Shown piece by piece: positions 37,101 to 51,275 of a stretch of DNA of 64,000 nucleotides. Positions within the stretch are counted from its first letter, which is position 1. The number at the start of each line of letters is the position of its first letter. The stretch spans positions 16,234,722 through 16,298,721 of the forward strand of contig OZ037766.1 of the NCBI GenBank assembly GCA_964035545.1, written 5' to 3'. The notes under the pieces were generated by a model, which did no database searches, was not told the DNA's origin, and was given only the letters and a program-made list of their open reading frames with translations. The DNA comes from Bugula neritina. Taxonomy: Eukaryota > Animalia > Bryozoa. The position numbers and the translations under genes are program-made.

Positions 37101-40100
37101 CCGTTAGACATCGACGGAGAAGATAAGACTTTTGGCGGGAAGCTTCATTCAATTCAGTCAAGTGTGTGATACTAATGTAAGCATTGCCAGCTTATAGCAG
37201 TAGCCGGCACAGGGTGATAGACCATGAAAATGAACTAAACAACTTTGTTGCTAAACTTTTTCTTGGCACAGAAAAACATATTAATTGAAATGAAATGTTA
37301 ATGTTGAAAAGATCTGTCAAAAATTGACCTGCAAAAACCATTCGAGGAAAAAGAGACCAGTCACTCTAGTACAAAAATATGAAATTACAAGAAATGAGAC
37401 CACAAAAAAGTAGAGCTGCCAAGTTATGACACCAGAGTGCATTGCATGTTCACAGAGTTCTATTGCAAAACAACACTGTACATAGTTATGGATGCTAACT
37501 GATATACAAGAAAGGCTTTGAATAGCACAAAACATCACCCACACAAGTATCACTATTAACCCAATAACAAGCTAATGTTACGCAATACTGAAGCTGTTGG
37601 CTCCTGAACTACATGGCAAGGCGCCACAGGGCAGGCAAGATGGTGGGAGTTGTCTTCTTTTACACATTAGTAATCTTTACCCTAACCAATAAAAATGCTA
37701 ATATTGTATAATCATTGTAGAATTGGTAGTTTGGTGTGTGTGGTGTGTGTTTAGAGAAATACTGGGAGCCCTACACATAGTGTGCAGCTTATGTTATGTT
37801 ACTGGGTATTATAAACCCTTCAATAACACAGTAATAGCTGCTATGTTCTGGTAATGAGGTGGAAAACTTGGCAAGTGCAGTTTATAAACTCAAAGTAGCA
37901 AACTGACATTATTACATAATATTTAGTGAAAAAATACACTATGTTGTGCTTGTATTCAGCAGTATTGGTTCTCTATTATAAATAGTGGGCTTATTAACAA
38001 CATGAAGATCGGATGATCCTGTTAGAATGTGGATTGTGGCCAAGCCTAGAATTTCAATAATAGTTTAGTATTTGGGTTTGGAACGTGATGATCTTACTCC
38101 ACAGCAAGACAATTTCTCACGCTATAAAGTTTCACTACAACTAGGGCTATTTAAAATACTGCCTCTCCACTTAACTGACCAATCACATAGAAATATTAGG
38201 AGAATAGCTAGTCTCAGCAGCTGAAACTAGCACCTGCAAGAACCTGGTAGAGTTGCTGTGATACTGAGGTGTAGTTACCAACATCAAATTATATTAATTA
38301 CAACTAGGATTTTGCTTTCTTTCTTATATTGGAGTTATGTAACTTTTTAAAGCCACAAATTAGTTAGTCCTTAGGAACCTTCTGCACATTCCTCTTTACC
38401 AACTACATACATTCTTTCCAAATCTAACACTAGAAATAAACTGAACAAGTTTGGCAGTAGATTTGGTTACAATGTCATCTCATAAGCAGACAATCTGTGC
38501 TTCATATTAATATTCATAAAAATGGACAGACATGCAGTTATGAACTATACAGTGACAAGCCATAGCCAAGTGACACACCAGCCCCGCCCACTAAGACTGG
38601 CAGCACAATCCATCAACTTAACCACAGTGAGCGAACAATAACAACTAAATCTGTAAAAAATGCAGCATTTGCAAAAACCCACATAAGTGATTATAATTTC
38701 AGTATTATTGTCACTACTACATGCGTCATTAGCTTTTAGTACTGCTAGTACCACTACAGCCCCTGCTTTACTATGTAGTACTGTTACTATGTAGTTCTGT
38801 TACTATGTAGTACTGGTACTATGTAGTACTGTTACTATGTGGCAATGTTGTTATGTAGTATTGTTGTTATGTAGTACTGTTGCTATGTAGTACTGCTACT
38901 ATGTAGTAATGTTACTATGTAGTATTGTTGCTATGTAGAACTGTTACTATGTAGTACTAATTGTATACTGTAACAGTTATTGTTGAGGTAAAAGTAGACC
39001 TGTAGCCTGTTGTATAGCTTCTGGAATGCTTGCGACATAAGAAGTTGTCTGCCCACTCAACAAAAAAGCTCGGCTTTTTAAAAGTCCAGACAGAAAGTCG
39101 AAACTAGAAATCACGAACTTGAGTTAGAGCCCAACTGCTGTCTAAGATCTTTCCCCATCAACATACTGGTTGTCACAACACCCCTCTCCAATTCTACTCT
39201 CCTAACATCTCACCTGCCTCAGTGACTCCCCCTCACGCCACAAACCTTGAGGAAACACCCAGTGGAAATTGTGAGATGGAGGAAACCTCTGTCTCACCAG
39301 CAGGTAGACAGATCTGTCCAGTTTCCTTCTGTGTGTAGATCTGCTATTAGATTCATCTGCCTCTACAACAACACAGCACTGTCTCTCATATCATCTCTGC
39401 CTCCACAGTAATCCTGGCACCATTAGTGATTCAGCAATTTCAACTTCATCATTTCATAAAGGTAGAATTAATAATTTCATAATCAGCTTTGTGCTATACC
39501 TTAAGCTACTAGTATATCATGTACTAACTAGCAAAAGATTATACTCTATTCTGTGATGGAAGTATTTAACCACAAAGTGTTAAGGATGTGGTGGAAAATT
39601 TACATAAATTAACAGGATCTGTCAAACTGCTATTCAGGGATTGTGTTTCACAGTGACAATGAGAGAAGTCAAGTAGTACTAGTTGACTAAATGATCAATC
39701 TTATGTCAGTTATAGTTTCTGATTACTAACTTAGAGGTTAGAATCTCCTTTAGGCTTTTCAAATCAAGAGAGAGAATTACAGGCTAAAATATTTTCATGA
39801 CCTGAATTTTCTATAGTCTGTATATTTGTGAGTTTCGGATGTATTGAGAGAAATTTTCAAATTACAAGAATTTAAAAATTTCCCAAATTTATATAAAGAG
39901 TTATAGTATTATGAACATATACCATAGAGTGCTTTTAATGTTGTAAGATTGTAATGTTATGAACACTTTTCTAGAACTTCTTGGACTAATACAAAATAAT
40001 TAAGGCAAAACTCAACAGGTCCCTTGTTAAAATAATTACATAATAAAGTTACCATTAGTTACATAAAACTTGACGTTCATAGAGAAAAACAGGTGTTGCA

Positions 40101-43100
40101 GTTTTAGTGCTTACAAGAAGAAAAAAAATCTTTGCAAAGCTTATAAAAACATTTTAATAAATTTGTTTTTGAAATAAATGTTATAAAACCTTAACACTCT
40201 TAACTCAAACCACCAGACATTCCAGAAACTTGGTTTAACGTTACAACATGATAAAATTAGGTCATATATCTTAAACTCTATGCAACATTGCAACTGCAAG
40301 TATGATAGAAAACAAACTTTAAGTCAAACAGTATACAGACTGGTGCATTGTTCTGAAAATTACAAAAAACAGAGCTTGACTATTGGGAACTTTTGTCATT
40401 TTGATGTTGCCTTAACTCTAACACTATTGCTACAGTAACTGCAGTTTGTAACACAGCAGAACTTATCTTGAAAAATTCACGAAATTACGAAACAATCAGA
40501 TACTGTTTTTAGGAATGAAATATGCTTATTTTTGTCCTAGAACATCACCTCATCACATAAGGCAGATAAGCAAGCCAAAATCTCCAGAGTATTTGACAAT
40601 ACATTACATCTAAAACGCTTATATAATTCCATATCTTGAAGAAAATATTTCAAAGCACATCACACCAGAAAGTATTAGCTTAGCTTTTATTCACAACTTT
40701 ATCGATCAAGTATGGGGGCTCACAAAATAACCCAATAGAACGAATTGAATGTTTAGAAAAAGGCAACTAGCGCTCAAGTCACGCCACTTGAAATATTTAT
40801 ATTCTGCTGGCAGTGTGTTCCCTTAAAGCACGCTACACCATGACTTGGCAGTGCGTCACACCGGTTGATAGTGCCACGCACACTTCTATTAGACCTAATA
40901 TATTCCAGCATACCTCGCCTATATCTGGCCTTAGGAAAGCAACTACAGGGACATTTACATGTAACATGCCTGAATAAAATATTGCTAAAAATACACAGTG
41001 CATTTGATTAATGACAAAAAAAACAGTGACATTCAACTGTTGAAACAAATTTATTATTTAAACCGAATTTCGCAGCTTCAAATTATGTAAATCATTTAGT
41101 TTTGTAATAATGACTGAACAATTTTATGAAGGAACTTAATATTTTTATAGAAAGTTTAAATTTGTTGTTTGAAGCAGTTTTCAGTTTTCGAGTAGATGCT
41201 GTCTGTAACTCAACTCACAGAATTGCAAATCTTGACTAATATGTCAAGGACAACCAGATTGTATTTTAAATTATGCCATGCCTTGACATAATTGCAGCCT
41301 AATTTTTACCATGATTAATTAATAGTTTGTCCCCGGCTGCATATTATATCTTATTTGCTTTTATAAGCAGTATTGCAGCAATGTTGCTCATAATTGTGAG
41401 TTATCTTTCCTTTGGATTGAGAGAGATTGAAAAAACAACTTCTACATAGCTGTACTACTCAACTACAGTTTGTATAGCAGTAGTTTATCAATGTAATTAT
41501 ATTTATAAATTATATAGCTGTATGTGTATTAGAAATATATAAAAAATGATTCTGCAACTTTTAGAGCATTCATGAAATCTCACATTGCATATCCAACCAA
41601 TTAGATGAAAACAGGGAGGAGTTACCAGCTAAATATTATATAATATAATATTTAAACAGATAGCTAATTCCCTGGTAAAATTCATATTTCAACTATTTAA
41701 ACTCTTTACCTCTAGAAATATTAATAAATTATCCATAAATACAGCTTAACAAACCTGTAGATCTCGAGGCCAAGTTGAATTTGCTTTTCTCTTCACTCCA
41801 AAGATCTTCCACATCAGCGGCTGTCAATAAAGCGGTTTCCCGTTCATTTTCATCAACTTCCCCTTTCAATTTACGTGCCGCCAATTCCCTGGTATCACAC
41901 ATGAGAATAATTTATTGTAAAGTGTACAACCGAGAGAGAAGTTATAGAGTATAGGTTGAATAAAAACAAAATCTTGTTCTTTAAAAAGATAACGCTATAT
42001 AGTATTGAATAGTGTAAAATATAACTGCTAACTAATGACAATTTGGACATTTGTTTTGCTAGCTACCGAAGTAACTGCTTTTAAATTTAGAAATCTAAAA
42101 TTCCGAAATAATAAATATCAATATTTGATATAAGAATGATTCAACTATTAATAAATGGCTAGCTAGAGAACATGGAAGTTATGAGCCAACATGAATAAAT
42201 CGAAACATGAATGGGAGTTGTCTACTCAAGCACACTTTCAGCAATAGTTACATATCTATGTTGACTGACAACCACTCAGCAATTCTACTAGTATTTAAAT
42301 AATGCATCAATTGAATCCAACTGAATATTTATCTGCCCTCAATAATGTGTGACTCCATTTTGAAAAAATTTTCAAGAATAAATCAGTTTCAAGAAAACAA
42401 AACATATACCATAACATATATTTTGTTCTTTAGCACAACAATTTCTTACAGATCATTTTTGTGTCTGAGTTCATGGCTAGATAAATGACTACGTTCCAAT
42501 TCTAAAGAAGATAATAGCTGACTGTACTGCTTTTCTATGTCATTTAGCTCTGCCGTAATGACTGGCCGTCTTTCTATGATCAGACCACTGTACAAATGAT
42601 AGGGTTGACTCCTTACAGCTTCTGTCTCTGCTACAACAATAGTACGCTTTAATACGGGCATCTGAACACAATCACATAGCCTTCAACCTCACTTCTTTAC
42701 TTTCATATTATCTTAGTTTTGGTGACGATTCACTGATCTAAGAGGTGCATGTCCATAAACAAAGTATGATAATTTACAAATATTAATAATATTTAGTAGA
42801 ATATTATGGTAGGCAATTTATTATGTAGTATCAACATTAATGCATATATTTTACTTTTTGATAGCTTTACTAAAACAAAATTCATTTAAAGATCTGAACT
42901 GACTAAAATGTTTGGAAAACAATTAAAACTTAAATTATAGTAGTTTTAGTTTATAGTTACATTACAGTGGTTTGTTGACCCAATAACTACCAAAAGATAT
43001 TCTAAAGTTTGAAATAAGTCAACTGCTTTTTAATGATTGTTTGGACTATTACGGCTGTTTCATAAGCATTACTAGACTGTTTTCATTTTCTTAGGTAATT

Positions 43101-46100
43101 TTAGATTAACAAATAAACAATATAAACATACTCAAACTAAATTCAACTCTCTAAGTTTGCTGAGAACCAACCTGTACATCTCCTATATAAATAATTTACC
43201 TAAGTCAATAAAATAACAATTCGCTCTCTGTCTTGCATATTTATTGCTTATTTTGGAAAGTTCTAATTTCTTACAGCTACTTAACTAGTAGAGCCGTAAA
43301 ATACATCCTTTGAGTCAAGGTAAAACTTGACAAGAGCACCAAATTTGAAAAGACTAACAACTGATCATCCTAGGTGGTGCAACACGTTTCTCAAGCAGAT
43401 GCAGCTTAGTGAAACAGAGATAGTAGTTGCAGCAACTGGAAAGCAAACTCAGTAAAACTAAAAAAGAGTTAGGGACCAATATGGCTAAGACCAACTAGAT
43501 ATGTGACCTGCATAGTGCCCAATAGAGATTGTGACTTTAGTATATGCTTGCATAGTTGCAAGAAATACAACTCACGAAAAAGGATGTTAATGTTAGAATT
43601 ACTATAGTCAGGCATGGTCAATGGCAACTGAAGCCTGCTACTACTAACTTTTTACATTTATAGTCAAAATTACTCAATTAATTTATTACTATAATTACAA
43701 TATTAATTCTATTTGATTTTGTAAATGATTTTTTGTCAATAATGAATTACAAAAAAAAATAAAATAAACGGCGAGTTCCAACATCAAATACAAATGTTAA
43801 TAGAACATAGTGTGATAGCTAGCCATAGTGATAGTTATTGATATAGTATTGCAAAGAGCCAAAGACAATATAAATATCAATAATTATACATAATATGATA
43901 ATATGTATATAGTATCGCCTGTTCATGTTTATACGGGTGTGCTAAATGTGAATCAGTAAAACTAGAAGTAAATGATTAGGAAACTTAAAATCTACTTTTA
44001 GAATTAGCGACTCAATAGTTAGATATTAATAAAATGAATACTAAAGCAATGGGACACTAACAGGAATATATCAAACTTAATCTCGTTGTTATAGCAATGA
44101 CTTAATATCATAATCAATATGAATATCAATATAATATATAATAATAATGCTCATCTATTTCTAGATTTTAGGTAAAAATGGCACAGTAAAAATGGCACAG
44201 GTAATAATGGCACAACTGGCAAAGTAGGAAAAAATGGCACACTGATGTTAAATTTTCCAAAGCCCCTAACTCAAACTCTTAAACCATAAATCCCCAAACC
44301 CCCATTTCTAAACCTAAACCTCCCATCTCAAACACCCAATCCCTTAACTAAACCCTAATATTGAAAATATGCCATTTTTACCTACTTTGCCGGTTGTGCC
44401 ATTATTACCTGCGCCATTTCTACCGGTGCCATTTTTACCAGCGCCAATTTTATCAGACACCCTATTTCTAAGCACCATTCTATGAACTATAAGTATAATC
44501 GTGTCAAAAGTTATAATGGCAATGATTATCATCATAATTATGACAGTCACTATCCCGGATTACCATGGCTTGAGTTATTGTAGTCATCCCAGATAAATGC
44601 TTTCCAGTTAAAACTATATTTCCCACATAGATGCTTCCCACTTGGATGCTTCCCAGTTAGACGCTATTTATTTAGATTGGTACAATATATATTTCATGTG
44701 CAATTTATTTGAATATTATTTAAATATATGTATATTTAAATAAAGCACATATTGAGCACATAAACAAATTTCTTTAATCTGCATTAACATATTAATTTTA
44801 CATATTTGTTGTTTTTTGTTTGAACAGATATTTTGTTGATGAGTATTCATTAATTAAAGATAATGTTTATTACCAATATATTACTGTTTTTTTTTGTCCC
44901 ACACAAATCTATAAAAATTAGAATATTATTTCAGATAATTCATGTTAGCTATTGTAGCCATTAGCATTTTAGCTATTTAGCAATCAATGCAGCAGTTATG
45001 CTATATAACTGCTATATAATATTAATTATATGCCACCAAAATAAAAAATAGCGTCTAAGCAGGAAGCGTCCAAGTGGGAAATTCAGCCCAGCGTCTAACT
45101 GGGAAGCGTCTATCTGAAATGAAACCTTATTGCAATCGTAATTGTGAATCTTAGTCAATAAAAATATCAAATTCATACTCAATCAATATGAATATGAATA
45201 TATATGAATAGTGATCACGCCATGATAAAAGCAAATATCCGATGGAACAAAGCAAAAGACCACCATATAGTAACCTCCAAAACTGTCAAAGATTACCACA
45301 GAGTAGATATCAACAAATTCCGGGAAGATATGCAAAGAACTAAACATGACCTAGATGAATTGGATGATGTACAGGAAATGTGGGATCATTTTTCATCTAG
45401 TCTACAACAGGCCATATGTGACCATGTCCCAACGAAAGTACTGTCGTCTAAGCTTAAAAATGAACCTGTTTGGTTTAACAAAGAGTGTAGATGGATATCA
45501 CGTAAAGAGAGGAAAAGCTATAATCACTACAAAACAAACGGGGACTTATTCAGTTATGCGAAATACAAGGAAATCCGGAAAACAGCTAAGAAAGTCTTTA
45601 GGATGGTAAAAAGTGAATATGGTCACAATAAAATCATCCAACCACTCCTAGAAGGCAACAGTAAGCCCTTTTACCGGCACCTCAAAGGAAACTCAAATAA
45701 CAAAAATCGCATAAAACTCAAAATGACTGATGGTACCCTTAATGCAGATCCAGCAAACTGTGCGGAAACCTTCAACAAATTCTTCCACTCCCAGTTCAAC
45801 AGTGGGCACCAACTGACATCACTTGGTCCCAACTCAGCAAACATAGATAATCCACCAGATATCGACAGCAATGGTATTGCCAAGTTAATACAGAACCTCA
45901 AGCCTGGAAAAGCTCCAGGTCCAGATGGCCTGAGGAAGGCAGATCTGATGGTTGATCTCCCACTAATATCCGCTTGTCTTGCGATCATATACAAAACCTC
46001 TATGAATCAACAGAAGCTCCCCACCCAGTGGAAAGAGGCGTATGTGACCCCTATCCATAAAAGCGGTGCAGAGGATTGTGCTCAAAACTATAGACCCATC

Positions 46101-47934
46101 TCACTCACTAGCATCCCATGTAAAATGGCAGAACATCTCATCCTACGTAAAATACTTGCCAACGTTGACAATGTACTGAGCACAAGACAACACGGCTTCC
46201 GCCAGGGCTTGTCCTGCGAGACCCAATTATGCGCCACTCTCCATCAGATACTGAACTATGTCGATAAACATAAGGCTGTTCACGCAGCAGTCCTAGATTT
46301 TACAAAAGCATTTGACCGGGTCCCCCATGCCCTTCTAATGGAGAAACTACGAACAATTGCACCAATGGAAGACTATCTGCTCGGATGGGTACACAACTTC
46401 CTCCTAAACCGATCTCAGAGGGTCGTACTCGATGGCAAAAAGTCGGAACCACTGCCAGTGACGTCTGGGGTACCTCAGGGCTCTGTGCTCGGCCCCATAC
46501 TGTTTCTCGTGTTCATAAATGATCTCCCTGACTGTGTTGATTGTGAAGTTGGTCTCTACGCAGATGACACCCTCCTCTACCAGCCTGTCTCAGATGACCA
46601 AGACAGACTAAGGTTTCAAAGGAACATAGATGCAGCAGGAAGTTGGGCTTCAAAGTGGGGTATGGAGTTCAATGTTAAAAAGAGCAAAATTATGGCATTC
46701 AAAGAGCAAGATATACCAGCACACTACACGTTAAATGGCACAGTTCTAGAACAGGTGGACAAATCAACATACCTCGGAGTGACTCTACAGGCCAACCTGA
46801 AGTTTGATAATCATATCCAGAGCAAAATATTGCTAGCAAACAAACAACTGGGGATGATCAAAAGGGCTTTGCACTGGGCACCCGAAAAAGTGAGACTCAT
46901 GGCTTACAAATCCCTATGCCTTCCTCACCTAGACTATGCTTCTGCTGTTTGGGACCCCTATACTACAAAAGAAATAAATTCCATCGAAGAGGTACAAACA
47001 CGGGCAGTAAGAGCCATAGCTAACATCAAGGGTAGAAGAGGAGTGCGAGAAGCAAAAGAAAGACTGGAGCTGGCCGCCCTCGATGAATAAAGGAGAACTC
47101 AACGGCTAAGACTCCTTATGAGGATACTCCAAAAGGAAGAATATCACCCAGCACTCTCTACAGCGTATGACGAACTAATAACTACCCCGGAAAGTTTTAT
47201 CCAAACTAGGGCCCAAACACTAGGACAGCCAAGATCAGTCAGCACCAATAATAACTGCTATTATAACAGCTTCTTGCCACGGACAATCCGTGACCTTAAA
47301 GGGAACAATCCTTGCAAGACTAATTTACACACAGAATAATCTAAACATTGACAGGTTAACTTACCTGTACTAATAAACAATATTGCAACACACACTGCAA
47401 CCAATTTATGGACTATTGTATGCATTTTACTTTCTGACCAACCGTAAACATATGAGGCATGCCGCTTCTGCTACCTAGTGGTCTAGCATGATCGTAATCT
47501 GGAGGTAACTGGAGGTAACTATATCAATATGAATATCAATATGAAGATCGTCAAACTAAATTTCAATTTTAAACTCTATCACAATGAGTAAGGCAACCAC
47601 AATAGCAATTTCCATGTGAAACTGAATGCAGATTCAAAATTAGAAAAAGAATCACTATCAGAATCAGAATGTCAAACTTGATATGAATGTCAATGTGAGT
47701 GAAACTGAAAGTGAATGTCAATGTGAATGTGTAAAGCTTGCGAGCACTTACTGCTTACCGCGTTTACTTTTTAACATTAACCTATTATACTACCCAATAC
47801 AATTAATATAAAAAAAAATTACCTGCTGTGTTAATAGAATGTAATTTGTTGCACGTTAACACTTTGAAAGTAACTTTGCATCTACTAAATGTATTGCTAA
47901 ACCCTAGCAAACTTTTTCTTATGGAGGCTGCCAT
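34109..47934 (-). CDS. MRPL46: Mitochondrial large ribosomal subunit protein mL46 (~291 aa)
   Basis: Exons 47934-47823 (MAASIRKSLLGF..., presequence-like), 42630-42450 (IERRPVI...LELERSHLSSHELR), 41888-41755 (LTAADVEDLWSEEKSKF), 39362-39214 (EADESN...RKLDRSVYLLV...WVFPQGLWREGESLRQ), 36219-36085 (TSER...FIGNAPVSHY...GAK), 34273-34109 (VFLHKA...FMWVT). 876 nt in frame; AATAAA (minus) at 33947-33952. Confidence 0.93.
38768..38958 (+). repeat. 16-bp minisatellite (ctgttactatgtagta)n
   Basis: ~12 tandem imperfect copies in an MRPL46 intron. Confidence 0.9.
44170..44462. mobile_element. Foldback-like non-autonomous element (ggtaaaaatggcac arms, telomere-like spacer), copy 1
   Basis: Left arm of ggtaa(a/t)aatggcac units and right arm of gtgccatt(t/a)ttacc units around a ccctaa-like spacer; inverted copy at 49446-49731. 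Confidence 0.75.
44580..45126. mobile_element. TIR element with subterminal gcttcccagttagacgct repeats
   Basis: cagataaatgctttccagtta...gatgcttcccagttagacgct on the left and agcgtctaactgggaagcgtctatctg on the right are inverted; AT-rich core. Confidence 0.7.
45210..47520 (+). mobile_element. 5'-truncated non-LTR retrotransposon (CR1/L2-group-like ORF2: end of APE domain plus RT)
   Basis: SDH motif at the 5' junction; KAPGPDG, NYRPISLTS, QHGFR, LDFTKAFD, GVPQGSVLGP, LYADD, YLGV; C-terminal YNSFLPRTI; one in-frame TAA at 47088-47090; (ctggaggtaa)2 tail at 47500-47520; antisense in MRPL46 intron 1. Confidence 0.95.
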
Positions 47935-49109
47935 TTTTGTGCCCAAACAGTATCGACTTTATTTCTTCAATTGCAACTTATCTTCTCTGTAAAACCGTTC
48001 AGCTAACACAAGAAAGGAAAAGGAGGATAACTCTGTCATACAAGCTGCAAACTAATTACTTTAACTGTAAATAATATATTATTCCTTATTAATTTTTAGT
48101 ATAATCTTGTACCATTATTTATCTTTGTAAAATCTATGGTGACTATAGGACTATATTTATATGGCATATCCAATCGTAGTTGTTAAATCTAAATCTGCTG
48201 CATATAGGCTTCATTTAAAAGCATACCAGCCTGTAAAAGTACTTGTAAGTTGATAATGCTGTTATAAAACAAAACTAATTACATACCTTATACCTATACG
48301 TACATATTATTATATACATAGCGTATTCTAGTTGCATAAAGTGTACTAATCATGTTTTTGTTATTATAACCATTATATATTTATGATGCTTTGGATGTAT
48401 GAGTAGATCTACATGTATGCATGTTTACGATTGCATGGTTGCATTCACTATAATGCATAAATTACTTAAATCAAACTAGTTCAACAAATTGCTGTATCTA
48501 TTTATCATAAACTGCACGACTGCACAGTCTGGTTATTTTTCCTATTAAAATACATCATTTGCGTAAAAATCAATAATTGTGTGCTCTGTTAGAAGCATAT
48601 CAAACCCCCTAGCTGGTTCATAATAAATAAACTAAAATCACATAAACAAACTTTCAAATTGAGCTTGCTTGCAACTATTCTAACTTTTCTTAAAATATAA
48701 GTTGGCTAACATGTATAGAAAACAGTTTTTATTGATTTAAATAATTGTAGTGCAGCAAGTGTGAAAACTAAAAAAATAATATCAAGAATGTTATGATGGA
48801 AGCTACAATGATGTGTATGGTACACAGTGCAGAGATCAATTGTGTAGATTTAATACACATTGCTGATTATTTCTGCACATAAGATATTCAGTAAGTAAGC
48901 AAAATATATGATCAGTCATTCGGTGCAGAAAAGTTTTATAAATTTTGCAAACCATTATGCACATTTCAAGTAATTTCAAGTGATAGTAAAACTTGACAAT
49001 GGTAACAGACACCTTGACAATGGTAACAGCCACCTAAACAGTAACTACAACAAACCTTATAGTAAGCCAATGTTATTTTAAAAGTATACATTCCATAATA
49101 CATTTAAGT

Positions 49110-49112
<3 letters not shown>

Positions 49113-49191
<79 letters not shown>

Positions 49192-49413
49192 CACACACGC
49201 ACGCACGCACGCACACACACACGCACACACACACGCACACACACACGCACACACACGCACACACACGCACGCACACGCACACGCACGCACACACACGCAC
49301 ACACACGCACACACACACACACACGCACACACACGCACACGCACACACACACACACACACGCACACACACACACACACGCACACACACACACACACACGC
49401 ACGCACGCACGCG
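49113..49413 (+). repeat. Compound (CA)n/(CACG)n microsatellite
   Basis: ~300 bp alternating purine-pyrimidine tract. Confidence 0.97.
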
Positions 49414-49445
49414 CGATTGTTAAATATTAGTAGCTGGGAAACTAT

Positions 49446-49731
49446 GGTGTCCGGTAAAAATGGTACTGGTAAAAATGACGCAAATAATAATGGCACAGGT
49501 AATAATGGCATGTGGCAAAGTAGATAAAGATGGCATATTTTCAATATTAAGGTTTGGAGAGGGGCTGGAAGTTTAGAATGGGGGTTTGAGTTTGGGATTA
49601 GGGTTTAAGGGTTTGAGGTTTAGGAAAATTTAACACCAGTGTGCTAATTTTACCCACTTTTCTATATATATATTATATGCCATTATAACCTGTGCCATTC
49701 CCCCCACCCCACCCCCTGTGCCATTTTTACC
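49446..49731. mobile_element. Foldback-like element, copy 2 (inverted relative to 44170-44462)
   Basis: Start ggtgtccggtaaaaatggtactggtaaaaat matches the reverse complement of copy 1's right end; G-rich ttaggg-like spacer. Confidence 0.75.
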
Positions 49732-51050
49732 TCTGTACTAGAGCAGTTGTAATCACTGTTTACTGTACCTGAATAATGTGCTAATAAATGGAGCTGAAAT
49801 TTTAATAGTTGTTCATGCACCACCAGCTTGTAGAGCATGCTCAATAAAGAATTATATACTTCTAAAGCTGCCGCCTGCAAGTTGAATACACACATCATGC
49901 ACGCGATGCACAAGGCATATGCACAATACCATCAATGTGATATATGGCACTTATGATAACTTTAGCATATAAGAAATGCATTGGTATGTTTCAAAATGAT
50001 CTTTGATGAGGGTCTATGGAAGCTAATTAACCGAGAAATTGATAAAAGATTTTGTTGCTTTGCACTTTAAGACAAGATTCTATTGCAGATAACTTTTGAT
50101 TGATCAAGGGAAAATACACCACCCAACTGAGGATGTAGCAGTTTTATATGGCCAGATTGTGGTAATTGCAGAAAAGTAAATAACAATAGATGCACCCAGC
50201 TACACTAGAACTAACTGATATGTGATAAAGCAACTTTTTGGTTCACGATAGTAAATTTTTGACTAGTCACAATAATCAACATGTATGCATCTCGTCAAAA
50301 AGAATTCTGGAATGAAAGGTAATAAGTATTCTAATTATTTTTTAAAAGCGTCGAATATTCAAGCTATTATGCAGTACAAATTATATATTTAATTCAATTC
50401 CTTAATAGCTTATAATAGTTTCTATAGTTAGCTGATAGTTTAGGAAACAATCAAAACATCATTAACATTGTTTATATTCACTTAAGATTGTTTACATTTT
50501 GTTGTAATAAATATAGAGCAGTAAAAGCCAAGCGCATACTGCCAATAAATAATATTATATACAACTTAATGGAAGTTAACATTTAAATTGTGATATTGAG
50601 ATTATATGTAGTGCTAAACTGATACTTATTTAAAAAATTATATCTTTAAAATAATTATATAGTATGCTGCTTGTGAATGATGCCATTTGAATTAATTTGA
50701 AATGAACTTAGTTATGTAATATTTTACATTATTTCAAATACTGAGAGATAAATGCTTTCAAGTGACCAATTTATGATTGCCAGCTGCAAGATTTGTATAC
50801 AGTAAGATTTGACTTGTTTACAGAAATGCTTCAATTAGCTGAGCATATATAACAGGCCTGCTGCCTATCAGACTGAAACCAGTGAATATTTAAGCTGCCT
50901 GTCTTGTTGCTCTCTTACTGCTAGCAGAAGAAGCTTTTAAGAATCTCGCTTTCCATCTACAAAATACTCATTCAAAATATATACTCTATTAGAGCTGCAT
51001 TTGGCTCATCTGTTATAACTATTGGATTATTTTCAATTGTCTCAACTAAG

Positions 51051-51275
51051 ATGTCTACAACAAGATTTAAGGAAGTGAAGACATCAAAGGTTACAAAGGT
51101 GGGCCCTGGAAACACACAATGTGTTCAGACATCTGTTAGAGTGTGGTCGCACAGCCAAACCAAGAAACCAGCAGTGCAAGAAGAAAAGGTTCTGCCACAA
51201 GTTGATAAACCTGCAAGCTTCCCTAAACAGGTTCCAGATCTGGCAGGCTGGGAGCAGCTAGGAAAACCAGTTTAA
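51051..51275 (+). CDS. Candidate 74-aa small protein of unknown function
   Basis: ATG-to-TAA ORF with hydrophilic, non-repetitive composition and higher GC than its flanks; no family recognised. Confidence 0.4.
   Translation: MSTTRFKEVKTSKVTKVGPGNTQCVQTSVRVWSHSQTKKPAVQEEKVLPQVDKPASFPKQVPDLAGWEQLGKPV

Noticed and set aside
38768-38958. Regular repeats as a possible CRISPR array
   Set aside because: Head-to-tail units with no unique spacers, no cas genes, eukaryotic intron.
42631-42661. ATG at 42661 as MRPL46 start or acceptor
   Set aside because: Phase-incompatible with exon 1; the acceptor at 42630 gives the correct frame with a presequence.
49073-49544. VC-repeat ORFs (also YI-repeat 56809-57003 and S/P/L-rich 54450-54759)
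   Set aside because: Microsatellite or low-complexity translations.
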